A stretch of 64,000 nt of DNA. It comes from an uncultured Rhizobiaceae group bacterium (GTDB lineage Bacteria; Pseudomonadota; Alphaproteobacteria; Rhizobiales; Rhizobiaceae). Positions 59,891 through 64,000 of the stretch are shown piece by piece. The stretch covers positions 121,132 through 185,131 of the forward strand of contig CALHBJ010000008.1 of assembly GCA_937930845.1 (NCBI GenBank), read 5' to 3'. Both the position numbers and the translations under genes were made by a program. How positions within the stretch are numbered: position 1 is the first letter of the stretch; every line of letters starts with the position of its first letter. Under the pieces are notes generated by a model. It had not been told where the DNA came from, did no database searches, and saw nothing but the letters and a program-made list of their open reading frames with translations.

Positions 59891-62160
59891 GTGTCGACCG
59901 GCGTCCCGGCCAGCGCAGCAATATTGATCAGCCCGCGCCCTGTGATAGATGGGGTGACGATATGCGCCCTGTTGCCCATCCCCATGAGAATTGGCCCCAC
60001 TTCCACGCCATCGGCCACCGACTTCAATGAGTTCTTTACCCCGCCCGCGGTCTCGGCATTTGAAAACACAAATGCATTGGCCTTGCCATTGATACGGCTG
60101 TCGGGAAGCATCCGGCTGCGAATGACAGGATCAAGAGCCGCGTCCACCGGCATTTCACCTTCGTAGACAAAATCCAGATGACGGCTGTCGAGAATCTCTA
60201 TCGCCGCACGCATACGCTGGGCAGATTCCGTGTCCAACGTCCCAAATTGCGAATTGGAGCAGAGAGCGATTTTCGGCTCCAGCCCGAACCGGCGAATATG
60301 ACGGGCCGTCGCGATTACAGTTTCAGCAATCTGCAAAGCTGTTGGTTCGGCGTGCACATGGGTATCAGCAACAAAGAGCGGACCGGAATCAAGGATCAGC
60401 AGCGACAGAGCACCCGTGGGCACAAGCGCCTGTGTCTTCAGCATTTGCTCCACATAATTGAGATGCCAGCTGTAGTGACCAAACGTGCCACAGATTAAAC
60501 TATCCGCCTCGCCGCGATGCACCATGACGGCGGCGATCACCGTGGTATTGGTTCGCAATACGGCCTGGGCCAGGGTTGGTGAAATGCCGCGGCGGCGCAT
60601 CGTTGCGTGATAGGTTTCCCAATATTCACGATACCGGGCATCGCTTTCGGGATTGACGATATCAAATCGGTCAAACGTGCTTTCAGAAATACCGTAACGT
60701 TCGCACCTTTGGCGGATCACTTCGGGACGCCCGATCAAAATTGGCTGATCGACGGTGTCTTCCAGCATGGCAACTGCCGCGCGCAGAACCCGCTCGTCTT
60801 CGCCTTCCGCAAACGCAATCCGCCGGCTGGCCTTGGCCGCTTCATCAAAGACCGGACGCATGACCATAGAAGAGCGATAGATTGTGGCATTGAGATTCTC
60901 GATATACGCATCGAAATCAGCAATGGGGCGTTCTGCGACACCGGTTTCCATCGCCGCCTTGGCAACTGCTCCTGCGACGACCGCCAACAGGCGGCTGTCG
61001 AACGGTTTGGGAATGACATAATCAGCCCCAAACTGGAGGGAATCATCGCCATAGACTTCCGCCGTTTCAGCCGGTGACGTGGAGCGCGCCAGTTCCGCAA
61101 TGCCTTCGACACAGGCAATCTGCATTTCGTCGTTGATTGTCGTGGCTCCCACATCCAGCGCCCCGCGAAAGATGAACGGGAAACACAGAACATTATTGAC
61201 CTGATTGGGATAGTCGGACCGGCCTGTGGCAACAATTGCCTTTGGCGCAACCGCGTAGACTTCTTCCGGCATGATTTCCGGTACAGGGTTTGCCAGGGCG
61301 AAAATTATTGGATTTGGCGCCATTTTGCGCACCATGTCCTGACTGAGAACATTGCGGCCCGACAGACCAAGGAACATATCCGCGCCATCGATGACATCGT
61401 CCAATGTGCGCAAATCGGTCTTCTGGGCAAATTCTGCTTTTTGTTCCGTCATCTCCTCCGTGCGGCCTTCGTAGACAAGACCCGCCACATCACACAGCCA
61501 GATATTTTCGCGTTTAACGCCCAGTTTGATAAGCATGTTGAGACAGGCAATTCCAGCCGCGCCACCACCGGTGGATACGATCTTGGCGTCCTCAAAATTC
61601 CGGCCGGTTAGATGCATGGCATTCTTGGCACCAGCGCCAACAACAATTGCCGTGCCGTGCTGGTCGTCATGGAAGACAGGAATGTTCATCCGTTCCCGGC
61701 AGATTTTCTCAACAATAAAACAATCGGGCGACTTGATGTCTTCCAGATTGATTGCGCCAAAGGTCGGCTCCATGGCGATCACATGTTCTGCAAGCTTTTC
61801 CGGATCGCTTTCATTCAACTCGATATCGAAACAGTCGATATGGGCGAACTGTTTGAACAGCACCGCCTTGCCTTCCATGATGGGCTTGGATGCCAGTCCG
61901 CCAATATTGCCCAGTCCCAAAGCGGCTGAACCATTGGACACAACGCCCACGAGGTTGCCCCGGCTGGTATATTTGGCGGCGGCTGACGGGTCTTCGAAAA
62001 TGGCCTGACTGGCCTCGGCCACACCCGGTGAATACGCCAGCGCCAGATCCCTTGGATTGGCCAGTGGCTTTGTGGGCCGCACTTCAAGCTTACCGGGGCG
62101 CGGGAATTGGTGATACCGCAGTGCCGGTGACTGCACTTGGTCGTCTTCGGGTTTGGTCAT
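59881..62160 (-). CDS. maeB: Malic enzyme with C-terminal PTA-like domain
   Basis: GKLEV.PTKP, AYSPGVAE, KPIMEGK, NLEDIKSP, FHDDQHGT, GRSDYPNQVNN; start 62160. Confidence 0.95.
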   Translation of the reverse strand: MTKPEDDQVQSPALRYHQFPRPGKLEVRPTKPLANPRDLALAYSPGVAEASQAIFEDPSAAAKYTSRGNLVGVVSNGSAALGLGNIGGLASKPIMEGKAVLFKQFAHIDCFDIELNESDPEKLAEHVIAMEPTFGAINLEDIKSPDCFIVEKICRERMNIPVFHDDQHGTAIVVGAGAKNAMHLTGRNFEDAKIVSTGGGAAGIACLNMLIKLGVKRENIWLCDVAGLVYEGRTEEMTEQKAEFAQKTDLRTLDDVIDGADMFLGLSGRNVLSQDMVRKMAPNPIIFALANPVPEIMPEEVYAVAPKAIVATGRSDYPNQVNNVLCFPFIFRGALDVGATTINDEMQIACVEGIAELARSTSPAETAEVYGDDSLQFGADYVIPKPFDSRLLAVVAGAVAKAAMETGVAERPIADFDAYIENLNATIYRSSMVMRPVFDEAAKASRRIAFAEGEDERVLRAAVAMLEDTVDQPILIGRPEVIRQRCERYGISESTFDRFDIVNPESDARYREYWETYHATMRRRGISPTLAQAVLRTNTTVIAAVMVHRGEADSLICGTFGHYSWHLNYVEQMLKTQALVPTGALSLLILDSGPLFVADTHVHAEPTALQIAETVIATARHIRRFGLEPKIALCSNSQFGTLDTESAQRMRAAIEILDSRHLDFVYEGEMPVDAALDPVIRSRMLPDSRINGKANAFVFSNAETAGGVKNSLKSVADGVEVGPILMGMGNRAHIVTPSITGRGLINIAALAGTPVDTYA

Positions 62161-62261
62161 GGTGATTTCAGCCAGTGTCAGAACGCAACAGCTTAGATGA
62201 ATAGCCCGACCGGTGCGCAACTGCACTTTAATAATTGCGAACCGTTACTCAAGTAAAGTTG

Positions 62262-62280
62262 AGACCGGATGCGCCGGTCT
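62262..62280. terminator. Short hairpin directly after ybaB
   Basis: AGACCGG-ATGCG-CCGGTCT; no clear U-tract. Confidence 0.35.
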
Positions 62281-62603
62281 TAGAATGGCAGTTTCATTCC
62301 AGGAGGAATTGGCAGACCCGCAGTCAATTCTGCGGTCTTTTCACGGGCAAGTTCTTCTGCACTTTCTTTGGCCTGATTATGGGCTGCAACGATCAGGTCT
62401 TCGAGAATTTCAGCCTCTTCTTCTTTCAACAAGGAAGGATCAATGGTCACGCCTTTCATCACGCCCTTGCCGGTCAGTGTGACAGTGACCATGCCGCCGC
62501 CGGATGTGCCCTGCGCTTCCATGGTTTCCAGTTCGGCCTGCATGCCCTCCATCTTGGATTGCATCTCCTTGACCTTGCTCATCATGCCCATGATGTCTTT
62601 CAT
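62280..62603 (-). CDS. ybaB: Nucleoid-associated protein YbaB/EbfC
   Basis: [37 protein letters not shown]. Confidence 0.95.
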   Translation of the reverse strand: MKDIMGMMSKVKEMQSKMEGMQAELETMEAQGTSGGGMVTVTLTGKGVMKGVTIDPSLLKEEEAEILEDLIVAAHNQAKESAEELAREKTAELTAGLPIPPGMKLPF

Positions 62604-62653
62604 CGTTGGAATCCTTCCATATTAAATAATCAGCTGCTGTAAATAATGTTTTC

Positions 62654-64000
62654 TTACAGGTAATCGTCGGGACCGCTTGCGCCAGGATCCCCCGCCTCTG
62701 CGCCAGCGCCAGTCGCCTCATCATCTTCGACTTCCAGATCGGGGTTTGCCAGAGCGGCTTCTTCGGCTCCGGCCAGATCAAGACCATCATCGGCATCGGC
62801 ATTGGGAAACCGAACATCGACAATTTTGGATTTGGGAAACATCTTCAAAATTGCAGCCACGGTGGGGTCAGCTTCAGCATCGGCAACTTTTTGTTCGTGG
62901 TCGGCAACTTCAATCTCTTTAAGAGTAGCCTGACCTTCTTGCTCGCTGGCAATAACTTCCCAGGCTTCCCCAGTCCACTCGCGCAGCCGTGTGCGCATGA
63001 TCTGAGCCATATCGCGGGGGGCATTGCCCACGGGGCAGAATTCAATTTTGCCGGATTCAAAGGAAACCGCGCTGTAATTGTTGCGCAACAAAAGCTTGAA
63101 CTTAATGTCGCGCTTTTTCTCAGCAACCGACAACAGGTCATCAAACGTATTTATGGTCTCAAAAACCTGACGCAGTGCCGGCGGTTCAACGGCAATTTCT
63201 GCTGCGGGTTCGGCACTCCCAGGGGCTTCCAGCGCGCGGGCATTGTCGACAACGAGTGCTGGGCCATTGCCCACTTTCATGGTGGCGAAATCTGACCCCT
63301 GATCGGCCCCCGCCGGTGCAGAAGCAACTGGCGACATGTTTGGCTGATGGGCGGACGGTCCAGCACCAGGCTGCGATGCGCCTGCACCGCCTTGGGGCAG
63401 TCCCACACTTTGGGCCGCACGGGTAGGATCGAGCATTTTCAACGCATCTTCGGGCGACGGTAAATCGGCCGCATGGGTTATGCGCACCAGAACCATATCT
63501 GCAGCTGCCAGCGGGCGGGCAGAAGACTGGACCTCCGAAATGCCCTTCAGCAACATTTGCCACGTGCGGCTTAGAATTCGTGGTGAGAGGGCTTGCGCAA
63601 ATGCCTGACCCCGCGTCTTTTCTTCCTGGGACAGGGCCGGATCATCCAGGGCAGAATCCACATAGCGCACTTTGGTGACGAAATGGACGAACTCTGCCAG
63701 ATCGGTCAACACGGTCGCGGGCTCAGCACCGGAATCATATTGATCCTTAATCTCCGCCAGTGCTGCCGTGATATCGCCCTTCATGACCTGTTCAAACAGG
63801 TCGATTACCCGGGTACGGTCTGCCAGGCCAAGCATGTTGCGCACATCGCCTGCCACAACCTGGCCGCCACCTGAACCGGCTGCATGGGCTATTGCCTGAT
63901 CCAGCAATGAAAGAGAATCACGCACAGAACCTTCGGCCGCTCTGGCAATCATGGCGAGAGCTTCAGGCTCGCAATCAACCTTTTCCAGCTTCGCAATTTT
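62654..64000 (-). CDS. dnaX: DNA polymerase III subunit gamma/tau (5' part outside the window)
   Basis: ARAAEGSVRDSLSLLDQAI; low-complexity linker; C-terminal domain ..KRDI..WTGE.W; frame is open to 64000. Confidence 0.95.
   Translation of the reverse strand, partial: KIAKLEKVDCEPEALAMIARAAEGSVRDSLSLLDQAIAHAAGSGGGQVVAGDVRNMLGLADRTRVIDLFEQVMKGDITAALAEIKDQYDSGAEPATVLTDLAEFVHFVTKVRYVDSALDDPALSQEEKTRGQAFAQALSPRILSRTWQMLLKGISEVQSSARPLAAADMVLVRITHAADLPSPEDALKMLDPTRAAQSVGLPQGGAGASQPGAGPSAHQPNMSPVASAPAGADQGSDFATMKVGNGPALVVDNARALEAPGSAEPAAEIAVEPPALRQVFETINTFDDLLSVAEKKRDIKFKLLLRNNYSAVSFESGKIEFCPVGNAPRDMAQIMRTRLREWTGEAWEVIASEQEGQATLKEIEVADHEQKVADAEADPTVAAILKMFPKSKIVDVRFPNADADDGLDLAGAEEAALANPDLEVEDDEATGAGAEAGDPGASGPDDYL

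Noticed and set aside
62262-62280. CCGGATGCG resemblance to enterobacterial REP elements (also AGACCG arms at 55031-55083)
   Set aside because: Short, not repeated as a family in the window; better explained as terminator-type hairpins.
63113-63119. G_AAA_AAG slippery-like heptamer in dnaX with a -1 frame TAA four codons later
   Set aside because: Not the A_AAA_AAG of E. coli; no upstream SD-like stimulator; the candidate stem starts immediately rather than 5-9 nt downstream; Lys-Lys occurs readily by chance. A frameshift reporter would settle it.
1-64000. Mobile elements, CRISPR arrays, tRNA/rRNA, prophage or defence genes
   Set aside because: No transposase, integrase, repeat-spacer array, cloverleaf or phage/defence motif seen; nearly all sequence is accounted for by intact CDSs.

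Overview
64 kb of mostly core and near-core chromosome from an alphaproteobacterium, most likely Hyphomicrobiales/Rhizobiales. The taxonomic call is inferred from the Cpa/Tad pili, Mur-SitABCD, YejABEF, CycM and CtrA-like boxes. Left to right: (1) RutR and a reductive pyrimidine-degradation/ABC-uptake operon with four 'passenger' genes wedged between core genes; (2) two Tat-type L,D-transpeptidases preceded by a small Cys-containing ORF ending in RPPR that resembles a CutF/CruR-type translational leader; (3) pheA, kdsB, cycM; (4) yejA-yejA-yejB-yejE-yejF-nudix-ghrA; (5) M17 aminopeptidase, MarR regulator and SH3-NlpC/P60; (6) a Tad/Cpa (type IVc) pilus locus with CtrA-like sites; (7) dapD-MBL hydrolase-dapE-membrane protein-degenerate PhnD-like binding protein; (8) LOG-engB, arfB, sugar-acid dehydratase and lactonase; (9) an FAH / aromatic-amino-acid-decarboxylase-like / AruH-like aminotransferase / crotonase cluster; (10) mur, sitABCD and the Mur operator; (11) maeB, ybaB and a truncated dnaX. 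I found no rRNA, tRNA, CRISPR array, transposase, integrase or obvious pseudogene. All calls come from reading motifs by eye; no database search was run. The best candidates for undescribed biology are the putative metal- or export-sensing leader over the LDT pair, the PhnD-fold protein lacking its phosphonate contacts, the passenger-laden pyrimidine operon and the AADC-like cluster.
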